Origin: a virus
Taxonomy: Duplodnaviria > Heunggongvirae > Uroviricota > Caudoviricetes
Strand: one strand, 5' to 3'
DNA length: 57,127 nt
IMG/VR virus record: IMGVR_UViG_2597489870_000006
Location: 1 to 57,127 of that record
In this document: positions 20,269-29,953 of the stretch, one piece after another
How positions within the stretch are numbered: the stretch's first letter is position 1
How the letters are laid out: the number at the start of each line of letters is the position of its first letter
Made by a program: the position numbers and the translations under genes
The notes under the pieces: generated by a model
Seen by the model: the letters and a program-made list of their open reading frames with translations, nothing else
What the model was told of the DNA's origin: nothing
The model's database searches: none

Positions 20269-20845
20269 CATCCGGCGCGGTGCTGGTATCTGTTGCCGTC
20301 ACCGCGTCAATGTAATCCAGCGCAGCGTTAAGTCGGGCGGTTTCTGCCTGCGTCAGATTCCGTCCGGCCTGCAATTTCAGCTGAATCAGACTAATGGAAG
20401 CCATTGCAGTATCAATCAGTGACTGACGCTGTGCTTCTGCCGCGCCTACTGCGGCGCTATGCTGTGCCACAGTATCTGTTACCCATTTCTCACCATCCCA
20501 TTCATCGTATGGCGTTAACGGGGCGATAGTGGTTGTATTTTCAGGATAATCACCCGGAGCTGTGATTTCTTTCGATTCTCCTGTTTCGGTGCTATAGATG
20601 ATTTCACCGCGATGGTCTGGCACATACTCCCATGAGTTTAAATCTGCCGAACGGCAGATTGCATAACCAGCCTTATGTGTGCCAGGAGCATCTAAACAGG
20701 AATATGCAGGGATACCGACACCCACAGCAAGATATTCAGTTGATGCAGAAATATACTCCCGTGTCTCACTGTCATAGTTATAAACGGTAATCTCTCCTGC
20801 CTTTGTGGCAATAAATTTACTATTCAAGATGGCGTTATACATCAT
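20240..20845 (-). CDS. tail fibre assembly protein (expressed orientation, 201 aa)
   Basis: Tfa-like C-terminus, directly downstream of the tail fibre gene. Confidence 0.7.
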   Translation of the reverse strand: MMYNAILNSKFIATKAGEITVYNYDSETREYISASTEYLAVGVGIPAYSCLDAPGTHKAGYAICRSADLNSWEYVPDHRGEIIYSTETGESKEITAPGDYPENTTTIAPLTPYDEWDGEKWVTDTVAQHSAAVGAAEAQRQSLIDTAMASISLIQLKLQAGRNLTQAETARLNAALDYIDAVTATDTSTAPDVIWPELPEA

Positions 20846-21669
20846 GCAGCCCTCACAATGTAATTAAATGAAATATTACGTGGGCGTGTCTCTGCTGCAC
20901 CGACAATACTGGTACTCAACCCCGTCGCTGTTCGTTTGTTATTTTTATTTCCTTCAATCAGACAGTTGTAATCATCATTACCAATTAACGAATTAGTGGC
21001 ATCAATACCGTCCGGGGACAAGGCATTAGTTGTAGAACTTAAAGTCAGCATCTCGTCTGAACTTGGAAGATTTTTTAATGGTATTTCATTGCGAGAAATA
21101 CCCGCGTAAAAAAAGGACTCATGCCTGTGCGCTTCAAAAGAGTCATCCTGAAGACTTAGCAAGGCACGTCCCGCATCCACACCACGCCCGTCATCCCAGC
21201 CACGAATAAACTCACCACGTAAATCAGGCAATTTATTTGTCGGATAAGCCTTTGCCAGTTCCGGGTATTCTTCAGCAGAAAAAGCGGCACCGTTGCATTT
21301 CAGCCAGCCTGTTGGCGGAGTGGCGGAAGGCCACGGAACAGGCACGCCAACGGGTAATGCCGAACCTTCTCCCAAACCAAGGTTTTCGAGAGCTGTTTTC
21401 ACCGTGCCATCCGATTTGATATCGCCAAACGGATTCTTGCGGCTTAACAGCAGCGCACGAAGCGCGGTAAGCAACTGGTCGTGCCGCGCCTTCTCCAGGC
21501 TGGCACCGGATGCCTCCACCACGCTGCAGAGTTCTTCCTGCAACATATCAAAGTAGTCATCATCCAGATCGGTGGCAGACGTGCCAGTCTGGGGGTTACC
21601 ACGGGTAAAACCGTTCTTACCCGCGCCGAACTTATCCTTCTGCGCGGTTTTCGTGTCTATACGATGCAT
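20842..21669 (-). CDS. tail fibre protein (275 aa; N-terminal about 96 aa constant, remainder inside the invertible segment)
   Basis: Position after baseplate genes; crossover site lies at codons for ENLGLGEGS. Confidence 0.75.
   Translation of the reverse strand: MHRIDTKTAQKDKFGAGKNGFTRGNPQTGTSATDLDDDYFDMLQEELCSVVEASGASLEKARHDQLLTALRALLLSRKNPFGDIKSDGTVKTALENLGLGEGSALPVGVPVPWPSATPPTGWLKCNGAAFSAEEYPELAKAYPTNKLPDLRGEFIRGWDDGRGVDAGRALLSLQDDSFEAHRHESFFYAGISRNEIPLKNLPSSDEMLTLSSTTNALSPDGIDATNSLIGNDDYNCLIEGNKNNKRTATGLSTSIVGAAETRPRNISFNYIVRAA
21367..21390. promoter_or_regulatory. gix/hix-like inversion crossover site (right, inside the tail fibre gene)
   Basis: ttctcccaaaccaaggttttcgag, inverted partner of 19444-19467. 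Confidence 0.7.
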
Positions 21670-21672
21670 GGA

Positions 21673-22257
21673 TTACTCCGGATATTTAAAAATTACGTAG
21701 GTATGCGACGGGCAGAGTTTGTTAAGCACACACTCGACAACGGTGTCACCCCAGATACGCAGTGCGGAATCACAGGGATCGCCACATGTCATCCAGGTGG
21801 TGTTGGTGGTGGTTGGCATGTTGACCTGCCAGTAATACCGCCATTCCGGCGCATTCACCGCGTCAGTACAGGCCGATGAGCAGGTGAACGTGCTTTTGTC
21901 GTATCGCGTGATGGTGGCATCTGGTCTGCCCAGGGCAGCAAGCTGTGCAAGATAAAAATCCTCGTTGATGCCGCCCGCCAGGTTAACCTTCGCATCCAGC
22001 CGTTGCTGACGCTGGCGAAGGGTCTGCGTTCCCGCCGGAATACATTCATCCGGCAGACCGCACAGACGCTCCCAGCGGTTTATCAGTTCAGTGGTGGTGC
22101 GCGGATCCAGCTCCCGCATCAGGGCATCCGCACGCTGATGAACACGGGTTAATGACGGTGCCGCACCGGCAATCGCCGGATCGCTGGCTGACCACGCCGG
22201 ACCGGGCGGCAACAGTGCCGATAACAGGCGGATGTAATCATCGTTTGTCACGTCCAT
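21673..22257 (-). CDS. tail protein (Mu gp48-like, 194 aa)
   Basis: Position between baseplate J-like and tail fibre genes. Confidence 0.6.
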   Translation of the reverse strand: MDVTNDDYIRLLSALLPPGPAWSASDPAIAGAAPSLTRVHQRADALMRELDPRTTTELINRWERLCGLPDECIPAGTQTLRQRQQRLDAKVNLAGGINEDFYLAQLAALGRPDATITRYDKSTFTCSSACTDAVNAPEWRYYWQVNMPTTTNTTWMTCGDPCDSALRIWGDTVVECVLNKLCPSHTYVIFKYPE

Positions 22258-23306
22258 GAAATCGTCCCCAGTACCGCCAGTTCGTTTTTCGCAATGGAGA
22301 TATTGTCCACCGGTGCAAGCAACTGATGGCTGTATTCCCCGTTCGCACCGGAAATCGCCTCACTGATACGCGATACCTTCAGTTCTCCCTGCGGATAACC
22401 ATCACGCAGCAGGAACGAACGCAACTCCGCGGTAATGGCAGCCCGTATTTCCGGTGTGTCCGGCGTCACGCGGATATGAAAATCCACCGTATGTGCCACC
22501 GGCCTGAATACATACAAATCAGAGCCTGCCACCGGGGCCAGTGGCCCGATATGTTGTCTTGCTGCCGTTTCCGTTGATTCTTCCGGAATGGGATTAATCA
22601 GGTCACTGCTGGCAATCATCACACCGACAGTTCCCGTTCCCATCCAGTGACGGTATGTCCATGCGCGGGTAATGCCGGGCACTTCTTTAGCCCAGACGAC
22701 ATAGTCCCCGTCAGCCCCGCCCTGAGGCGTCCAGTAATACCGCTCAATGACGCGGGCACGCCACGTTTCCAGCTCTTCAGTATCAAATCCACCTGTCAGG
22801 GTATCTGCCACGCCGGAAGACGGCAGACCATTAACCGGCGTGACCAGGATTAATGACGTACCGTCGTCAGCGTTACCGACCGCGCCTGCACTTGAGCAGG
22901 CGATCGGCACGCGCAGGACACCACCGGAGCTGGTTGCATCGGCAGTTGCCGTGTACTGAACCAGGTCATCGCGCTGAATAACACTCCCGGCGGTCACCTT
23001 CAGGCCATCGCTGACACCTTCCCAGCGCATATACCCGCTGGCAGCCGTGGCCCCCTTGCGCGGACACCGTTTCATCGCAGCATGTCGCGCCAGCCAGGAC
23101 TCATCGCACAGGTCAGGCAGCATGTTCATTGCCAGATAATCGATGTACCCGTAAACCGTATGCAGCGCCGCCGCATACACCTTTGCCCGCACGTCTTCAT
23201 CCATGCGCCGGAGCGTGTCGCTGACGTCCAGCCTGGCGAATAAATCGTTACGGAGCATACTGATATTTTCTGCCAGCGTCGGGCGCTGAAATTCACTGTC
23301 CGCCAT
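22248..23306 (-). CDS. baseplate J-like protein (352 aa)
   Basis: Size, position and sequence pattern of Mu gp47 / baseplate J family. Confidence 0.7.
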   Translation of the reverse strand: MADSEFQRPTLAENISMLRNDLFARLDVSDTLRRMDEDVRAKVYAAALHTVYGYIDYLAMNMLPDLCDESWLARHAAMKRCPRKGATAASGYMRWEGVSDGLKVTAGSVIQRDDLVQYTATADATSSGGVLRVPIACSSAGAVGNADDGTSLILVTPVNGLPSSGVADTLTGGFDTEELETWRARVIERYYWTPQGGADGDYVVWAKEVPGITRAWTYRHWMGTGTVGVMIASSDLINPIPEESTETAARQHIGPLAPVAGSDLYVFRPVAHTVDFHIRVTPDTPEIRAAITAELRSFLLRDGYPQGELKVSRISEAISGANGEYSHQLLAPVDNISIAKNELAVLGTISWT

Positions 23307-23721
23307 GCGTTATCGCACTCCACAGATCATCAAAAGAAATCATTACCGGTCCGTCACGACGCCAGAGAGTGATACTGTTACCCAGTTCATTAATCCCGGT
23401 GCGGTGGATATCCAGATCAATACGGGACACCACGCCGTCATCAATCATCCATTGCAGGCATTCGCGGATATACCCCCTTACCGTCAGCACCAGCTGATTG
23501 GTCAGTTTGCTGCGCTGAAGCAGCCACAGTCGGGAGCCGTAACGGTCATTCTGTACCGCAGGCCAGGTATCCCCCCACCATCCCATCGGGACGTCGGCGT
23601 TGTCATCAGGCTCCGCCCGCCGCCAGGTAAACAGGGAAATCACCACGGCGCGGGTCAGCGGATCCAGCGGTGCGCTGGCGCAGGTACGTTTACCGTTCAC
23701 CGTCAGCCACAGTTCCATCAT
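23293..23721 (-). CDS. baseplate protein (GPW/gp25-like, 142 aa)
   Basis: Position and size in Mu-type baseplate module. Confidence 0.6.
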   Translation of the reverse strand: MMELWLTVNGKRTCASAPLDPLTRAVVISLFTWRRAEPDDNADVPMGWWGDTWPAVQNDRYGSRLWLLQRSKLTNQLVLTVRGYIRECLQWMIDDGVVSRIDLDIHRTGINELGNSITLWRRDGPVMISFDDLWSAITHGGQ

Positions 23722-24266
23722 GCCTCCATCGATTTATCAGGTTTGTCGGTGTTACTGCCCTGACCGTTCTCTCTGTGACGATGCCCGTTATAGGCAAGCC
23801 GCATCGCTGACATGGTGGTGCCGCTGGAGTCGCACAGGTCTTTCACCTGTCCTGTCACTTCCAGGTCCATTTCAAAACGTGCTTTAGGTGAATTGCGAAA
23901 CGTGATCGTTTTACCTGCACCGTCCACCACGATCCCCTCCCGGGTCAGCGTCACGGACTGCCCCTGATCGTCATAGACAGCCACCTCACCCGTCTGCAGC
24001 CCTTTCAGGCGGTAGCGCCGGTCCGACACCGTAACAACCACCGCATGAGAACGGTCACCATCCGGAAACAACACCACCGCTTCCGCACCGCTGTTTGCCC
24101 TTGCGGTAAAACCGTAGGGTTCAAGATGTTCAACCCCGGCTTTGGGTTCACCGGCAATCAGGGACACATCCACGGTCTGACATTTCGTGGCGGCACTGAT
24201 GCTTTTCACCACCGCCCGCCCAATCAGGCCGAGGAGTTGTCGCTGCATGGCTTCAATCGCCTTCAT
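23718..24266 (-). CDS. baseplate assembly protein V / spike (182 aa)
   Basis: Position and size in Mu-type baseplate module. Confidence 0.65.
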   Translation of the reverse strand: MKAIEAMQRQLLGLIGRAVVKSISAATKCQTVDVSLIAGEPKAGVEHLEPYGFTARANSGAEAVVLFPDGDRSHAVVVTVSDRRYRLKGLQTGEVAVYDDQGQSVTLTREGIVVDGAGKTITFRNSPKARFEMDLEVTGQVKDLCDSSGTTMSAMRLAYNGHRHRENGQGSNTDKPDKSMEA

Positions 24267-25345
24267 CAGAACGGGTCCTCCTGTACTCTGGCTTTTTTCT
24301 TTTTCCGCGCGCCGGGGGCTTCGGGTTCAGGCAGATAAGCATCAGGTGGGCCGACACGGATTTCCGTCAGGGTGCCATTCTGGTCCTGAGTAAACGTGAC
24401 TTCCGAGACAAGCAGTTCGGTATTGTCGAAACCACAGACCGGATCGAAGACAATCACCCGCTGGTTGGGCTGCCACAGCGTACCGTTACCCTGTCGCCAG
24501 CCCTGCACCACATAGGTGGTTTCATCCGTCCGCGCCGCCCGTTGTCGGGCTTCAAAGTCAGCACGCGCAATACAGCCTGCCCCCGTAGCCTGCCCTGTCT
24601 GCCTGATATACATCGGACGGTAACGGGCAATAAATGCGTCCTCTGTGCGGGCCCGCAGCGCAGTTGTGGTGGCCTCACCGAAATCATCGTCGTTTCCGGC
24701 ACGCTGCCCCGCCACCTGGTAAACAGAAAACCGCTCCCGGATACTCTTCTCCGTATCGCAGGAAAGGATGTTTTCCCCGAGTACCAGCGCGGTATGTGCC
24801 CGCGTTGAGCCAATACCGCCAATCACCAGCCTGCCGTGCGGGTCGTCATAAGCCAGCGCCTGCTGCTGACCGAGTATTTTGTTAATCACCTCGATCACCG
24901 TTTCACCGTGATCAGGCTGGACATCAGGAATAACACCCGACGGCGCACCGCTGTTCACCACCTCAATGCCGAAGGGCGCAGCAAGCGCCTGCGCAATCTG
25001 TACCAGTGATCGTCCGTTAAACTGTGTCGGTTCAGCTGCACAATCAATCAGGTCAGCGGTCAGACTGCGTCCGGCAATACCGGTGCTGACCGAACGGGCA
25101 TCGTAACGAACGAGCGTCGCCTCCACCCAGCCGGTGATCACCAGCTCATCACCAATCAGCACCTCCACTTTTGAACCGTTTTTAATGCGCGGCTGAAGCG
25201 TGGTGATACCCTCATCACCCGGCCACTGGCGGGTGATCTCCACACTGAAATCCCGCGCCAGTCGTTCAACACCGGCACCGATGCGCACCGATGTCCAGCC
25301 ATTCCACTCCCGGCCATTTACCCGTAGCGTGACATTGTCGTTCAT
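24266..25345 (-). CDS. tail protein, Mu gpP-like (359 aa)
   Basis: Position after DNA circulation protein, size and composition. Confidence 0.65.
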   Translation of the reverse strand: MNDNVTLRVNGREWNGWTSVRIGAGVERLARDFSVEITRQWPGDEGITTLQPRIKNGSKVEVLIGDELVITGWVEATLVRYDARSVSTGIAGRSLTADLIDCAAEPTQFNGRSLVQIAQALAAPFGIEVVNSGAPSGVIPDVQPDHGETVIEVINKILGQQQALAYDDPHGRLVIGGIGSTRAHTALVLGENILSCDTEKSIRERFSVYQVAGQRAGNDDDFGEATTTALRARTEDAFIARYRPMYIRQTGQATGAGCIARADFEARQRAARTDETTYVVQGWRQGNGTLWQPNQRVIVFDPVCGFDNTELLVSEVTFTQDQNGTLTEIRVGPPDAYLPEPEAPGARKKKKARVQEDPF

Positions 25346-26676
25346 TGCGCTGGCACCTTCAGAGGGATCACCGGCACAAAGCCGGGATGCGTAATGGCAT
25401 TACGCCGGATAATGTCCGCATCACGCGCCGCGTTATCAAACCAGGTCGCCGCCAGCACCAGCGCGGGTAAAACCTCATCCGGTGTGCGCTGAATGATCCG
25501 TGCAGACTGTTCAAGGCGCGTGTTGATATCCGCATTCAGATCTGCTTTCACCCGGCGCAGCGCCAGAAACAGCGCATCACTGGTTGTACGGGACAACTCC
25601 TTATCAATTGCCATATTCAGTGTGTCGCGAATGTCGGTCAGTTCTTCCCACGTTGGCAGGTCAACCGTGTTTTTCACCGCCGGTGCATTGTTCAGCACCG
25701 GATGCGTGACGGCAGGCCAGCCGGAGCTCTGCGCGGGTGTTGTTGCCTGCCCCACTGCGGAATTCTGCATCACCGCAGAAGTTGTTGGCGCAGGCAATCG
25801 GGTAACGGCATACGCCGCTTCGCTGATTGCAGTCGTACGAAGGGTGCTGGCAACCATGTTACGCTGCTGCGTCGCTGTGGCGGTGGTTTTACTGTCCGTT
25901 TTCCAGACGCCGCGCGGTTGCAAATCGCTGCCGAGGCTGACACCAGAAAGCGTTTTGATCATGGTGACCAGGTCGCTGGCGTTACCATAAAGGCGTTTCC
26001 CGGTACGCCACATTTTCTGCACCTGCTCAACGAAATTTTTTCCTGACGATGGCGGCGGCATAAGTACCGAGATATCCCCCTGCAACAGCCTGGCGGCATC
26101 CGATACAGCAGAATCCACCACTTTCATCGCATCAGAAACATACCCAAGCATTGTGCTGGCATTACCGATAACATCGTTCTGCACAAAATCCGCCACGCCA
26201 TCGATACTGAAACCGCTGAAGCTGTCACTGATGCAGTCATCCAGTGCAGAACAGGATGACATCAGCGTCTGCGCCGTCGCCACGCCTGATGTGGGGTAAG
26301 AGAGATCTCCCGCTTCGACAAACTTCAGGTCAAAGCGGACAATACGCCCTTCACTCTTCGATGTGCTGACCCGAACTTCCCCGTCAACACAGACTTTCAA
26401 CTCACCGTATGTCGGGTGGACAAGCGTGCCGGGACCGGGTTTATTCAGCGCGTCAATCAGGCGATCGCGCTGGTCAAAGCAGTCATCTCCCACCACATAA
26501 GCCGTGATGGACGGGCGGAAAGTGACTTTTCCCAGATCTTCGGTATAGGGTTTGTCGCGGTTCGGATATTCGTGTGTTTCCACACGACGGCCGGTTCCCG
26601 CACTTTCTTCTTCAACCTTAAACGGCACACCTCGAAATGACGCATCCTGAAGCCTGTCTTTCCACGTCATATACAC
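25342..26676 (-). CDS. DNA circulation protein, Mu gpN-like (444 aa)
   Basis: Position after tape measure, size typical of Mu N. Confidence 0.65.
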   Translation of the reverse strand: MYMTWKDRLQDASFRGVPFKVEEESAGTGRRVETHEYPNRDKPYTEDLGKVTFRPSITAYVVGDDCFDQRDRLIDALNKPGPGTLVHPTYGELKVCVDGEVRVSTSKSEGRIVRFDLKFVEAGDLSYPTSGVATAQTLMSSCSALDDCISDSFSGFSIDGVADFVQNDVIGNASTMLGYVSDAMKVVDSAVSDAARLLQGDISVLMPPPSSGKNFVEQVQKMWRTGKRLYGNASDLVTMIKTLSGVSLGSDLQPRGVWKTDSKTTATATQQRNMVASTLRTTAISEAAYAVTRLPAPTTSAVMQNSAVGQATTPAQSSGWPAVTHPVLNNAPAVKNTVDLPTWEELTDIRDTLNMAIDKELSRTTSDALFLALRRVKADLNADINTRLEQSARIIQRTPDEVLPALVLAATWFDNAARDADIIRRNAITHPGFVPVIPLKVPAQ

Positions 26677-26680
26677 TCCG

Positions 26681-26711
26681 AAAATAAAAAAGCCACCTAT
26701 TAGAAGGTGGC
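26681..26711 (-). terminator. Rho-independent terminator downstream of the tail-cluster moron
   Basis: 7-bp stem gccacct/aggtggc followed on the minus strand by ttttttatttt. Confidence 0.6.
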
Positions 26712-26731
26712 CTTGTAATGAATTTTATTAA

Positions 26732-27262
26732 TTAGCGAGTCAGAAACAACGAATCTTTATACTTTTGCTGTTGTTCATTTAAATACTTAGCTGTTTCATC
26801 GCTGGCAAATGGAAATATTACAGTATTTTTAGGCATAGTAATTTCTTTTTTGTCCAGCGTCAGAGTAAACATAGGAACATACTGAGCAGAGTAACGCACC
26901 GCAGAAACGAGCTCTAGTTTAGACTCTTCAATAACACTTAAATTATCCAAGCTAACTTTCTCTTCATCTTTTTTCTTTGACGCATTTAAAGTTTTTATTA
27001 CTTTATTTAATTTCTCCTGAAAATCCTCCTTAAAGTTTTCAGGATTGCCGTCGACAACAAGAATCTGTTCACCCTGATTATCTGGAAAAATAATCTTTGC
27101 ACTTATCAATTTATTTTCTTTATAAACATCACCAAGTTTTATGGCTCCTCCAGATAACTGAATAATATGTTCATCTTTAAAGGAGATGTTGCCAGAGATT
27201 ATGAGAGATGAAAAAATAGCCGCTGCTCCAAGAATTACACTTGCTGTGATATAGCCTTTCAT
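26732..27262 (-). CDS. AT-rich moron: protein with N-terminal signal peptide/anchor (176 aa), function unknown
   Basis: N-terminal hydrophobic MKGYITASVILGAAAIFSSLIISG; low GC; own terminator; inserted between tape measure and DNA circulation genes. Confidence 0.6.
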   Translation of the reverse strand: MKGYITASVILGAAAIFSSLIISGNISFKDEHIIQLSGGAIKLGDVYKENKLISAKIIFPDNQGEQILVVDGNPENFKEDFQEKLNKVIKTLNASKKKDEEKVSLDNLSVIEESKLELVSAVRYSAQYVPMFTLTLDKKEITMPKNTVIFPFASDETAKYLNEQQQKYKDSLFLTR

Positions 27263-27353
27263 TTTTCGCCTATTAACATTTTTCTAAATGTGCATTAATT
27301 CTATCACTCTATTTATGACTTACAACCAGCAATACATGTGAGGGGAATCCTGG

Positions 27354-29186
27354 CTACCAAAATCGGGTATAGCCAACATCGTGATTTATATCAATGCCAC
27401 TGGAGCGTGTTTCCGTAACCCGCATACCTGGTGGCATATTTATAAATGATACCTTGATCTCACCATCAACTTTTGGCGCGGTAGCTTTATTAATCATGAA
27501 GGGATTCGAGCCTGTGGCATCGGAGGCGTTGTTTGCCTGAGCCGGATCCACCGCCGGATAAGGCGTGTATCCCCGTGCCGGTATTCCCGTCCCATAAGCA
27601 TCATAAGCACCCGCGCCCCACTGCGCCGAGTTAATGGTATCGACCGTGTCACCGGAACTGTCGGTAAACCATTCAATAATCGGCTTCAGCTTATCCCACA
27701 TATCCTGAAACCACTTAACAACCGGTCCCCAGTTATTGATCACCATCCCCAGCGGCGACCAGGCAAAAACTTTCTTAAGGAGTTCCCAGCCAGCCTCAAA
27801 ATAAGGACCAATGGTTTCCCAGAGCTTCTTGAAATAAGGTCCGACAACATCCCAGTTAGTGATAATTAATCCCGCAGCCAGGGCTATCGCCGTCGCAATC
27901 ATGCCAATCGGCGTCATCGACATGATCCTGCTGACAATGCTGATGGCACTGCCCACGCCCATCAATCCCAGTTTCAGAATCGCAAGACCGGCAGCAAGCC
28001 CGACGACGCCGCGAATAACCCGGGGATTTTCATCCGCAAACTTCGTGAATTTCTCCCCCAACTCCCCCAGCCACTGCGTGATGTTCTTAGCGTCACCAGA
28101 AAATGCGCCGCCAATAGCCGCAAGGCCGTTAGTTGCGGTCCCCGTCATTGCCTCCCACAGGTTGGACAGCGTACCAAGCTGAGCCTGAACACGTTTATTC
28201 AGGCTGGCCTGTTTATTCATCTTCTGCTGGATCTGATCGTAGCCATCCTTTCCTTTATCGATTAGTGCATTGACCACCTGAAGGGTTTCGGCATCATCAC
28301 CAAATATTGCCTTAAGTACACCGGTTCGCTTAACGTCGGTCAGTTTTCGCAGCTTTGCCAGTTGCCTGAACATGTTATCAAGACCGCCAAAACTCCCTTT
28401 GCCATCAGTAAAATCGAGCTGTACCCCGAGTTTCTGGCGGGCCATGATTTTATTGACGTCCCTGATTTTCTTAACGCTTAATCCGGACTGGATAACTTTT
28501 CGCAGGGCATTACCTGCCGACTCCCCGTTCATCCCCATCTGATCCATCATGACACTGATGGGGGCAAGACTCTGTGCAGCCTGAAGACCGTCCTTATTCA
28601 CCATCTTCAGAACAGAGCTGGTTTTAGTGAAGAATGACAGCATGTTGGTATCGTCCACGCCCAGATAAAACGCCTTCTGAATTGTGTCGAACAGCCCCAT
28701 CATGTCTTCTGAGGCCGTTCCGGTAGCATCCTGCATCTTTGCGGCAAACTCAGCAGCCGCTTCCGGTGTTTTTTTCAGTTGTACCGCAAGATAAGCTGTC
28801 GCTTTACCCACACCACCAAGAATGTTTTCTGCCGGGATCCCCTGACGCACCAGCATCTGCATCATGTTCTGGAAATCAGCCGTTGTACCGGGTAGCTGGT
28901 TACCCAGGCCAATAGCCAGTTTATTGATGTCCTGAAAGCTCTTTCCAACCTCGCCGTTCGCATCCATCATGGCGACTTTCAGCCCGGTGGCGGCGTTTTC
29001 CTGATCAGCATAAGATTTCAGGGAAAGCGTCAGACCCGCTGCCAGTCCGCCACCAAGCGCCAGCCCACCCTGTGACGCTTCTTCCGCCTGGCGTTTAAAT
29101 CCCCGGATTTTCTTTTGCATTTTCGACAGCGCGGGAGAAAGCCTGTCGACACCGGTGATCAACGCCTTAAGCTCAAATTCAGCCAT
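27354..29186 (-). CDS. tail tape measure protein (610 aa)
   Basis: Long helical protein with hydrophobic segments, located after tube and chaperone genes. Confidence 0.8.
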   Translation of the reverse strand: MAEFELKALITGVDRLSPALSKMQKKIRGFKRQAEEASQGGLALGGGLAAGLTLSLKSYADQENAATGLKVAMMDANGEVGKSFQDINKLAIGLGNQLPGTTADFQNMMQMLVRQGIPAENILGGVGKATAYLAVQLKKTPEAAAEFAAKMQDATGTASEDMMGLFDTIQKAFYLGVDDTNMLSFFTKTSSVLKMVNKDGLQAAQSLAPISVMMDQMGMNGESAGNALRKVIQSGLSVKKIRDVNKIMARQKLGVQLDFTDGKGSFGGLDNMFRQLAKLRKLTDVKRTGVLKAIFGDDAETLQVVNALIDKGKDGYDQIQQKMNKQASLNKRVQAQLGTLSNLWEAMTGTATNGLAAIGGAFSGDAKNITQWLGELGEKFTKFADENPRVIRGVVGLAAGLAILKLGLMGVGSAISIVSRIMSMTPIGMIATAIALAAGLIITNWDVVGPYFKKLWETIGPYFEAGWELLKKVFAWSPLGMVINNWGPVVKWFQDMWDKLKPIIEWFTDSSGDTVDTINSAQWGAGAYDAYGTGIPARGYTPYPAVDPAQANNASDATGSNPFMINKATAPKVDGEIKVSFINMPPGMRVTETRSSGIDINHDVGYTRFW

Positions 29187-29327
29187 GTGTGCGTTTCTCC
29201 TGCTCTATCCTGTTTGCCTGACTGACCAGCAAGGGAATTTCACTGATCGGCATATTCAGCAATTCGAAGGGATTAATGCGCCAGTAGCTGGCGCAGTCAA
29301 AGAAGCGATCAGTGAGGTATTCAGCCG

Positions 29328-29597
29328 TCAGGCCTGGAGGAAAAAACCAGCCACAAGCCACGCCGCTGCATTCAGGTCTGCCGGAGACATCTGGTCGACA
29401 GAGCTTTGCGGCACTTTCGCCAGCCGCACAATGTATTTCGACACCACATGCGCCAGAAGTCTGACGGACTCATCCTGATTCATCTGGTAGGGATACCCCA
29501 GCTCGCGGACATCCTTCCCGGTGGGTTCATCAAACTCCAGTACGGAGAGTGTCTCACCATGAGCGATAATCGGTTTCTTTAACTCAAGCTCTTTCAT
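29328..29597 (-). CDS. tail assembly chaperone (89 aa)
   Basis: Position between tube and tape measure; an overlapping out-of-frame ORF 29179-29361 is compatible with a frameshift-extended form. Confidence 0.55.
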   Translation of the reverse strand: MKELELKKPIIAHGETLSVLEFDEPTGKDVRELGYPYQMNQDESVRLLAHVVSKYIVRLAKVPQSSVDQMSPADLNAAAWLVAGFFLQA

Positions 29598-29953
29598 TAC
29601 TGGTAATCCCCTTCTTCACCGTGGAACTCAAGATCAACCGTGCCTTCTTCGGCATTATGGTTCGCTTCTCCGTGCAGCCAGGCGGACGACAATACATAGA
29701 CCTGACCGTTCGCCAGCTCGGCAGTGATGGTCATCTCATCAGACGAGGTGATTTTGCTCACCGGAAAATTCTTCGGCACCTTGAAGGTCCCTTTGACATA
29801 AGGCGCACGGTGAGTTTCCTTGCGGTCCACTGAACCGTCCAGGCCGATGATGTCATCATTGACCGTCCTGTTCATGGGCACCTCAATGCCGCCGGTCAGC
29901 GATAGCTGCTGACCGTCAATTTTGAAATAACAGGTTCCCCCGATACGGGCCAT
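29597..29953 (-). CDS. tail tube protein (118 aa)
   Basis: Directly downstream of the sheath gene with start/stop overlap. Confidence 0.75.
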   Translation of the reverse strand: MARIGGTCYFKIDGQQLSLTGGIEVPMNRTVNDDIIGLDGSVDRKETHRAPYVKGTFKVPKNFPVSKITSSDEMTITAELANGQVYVLSSAWLHGEANHNAEEGTVDLEFHGEEGDYQ

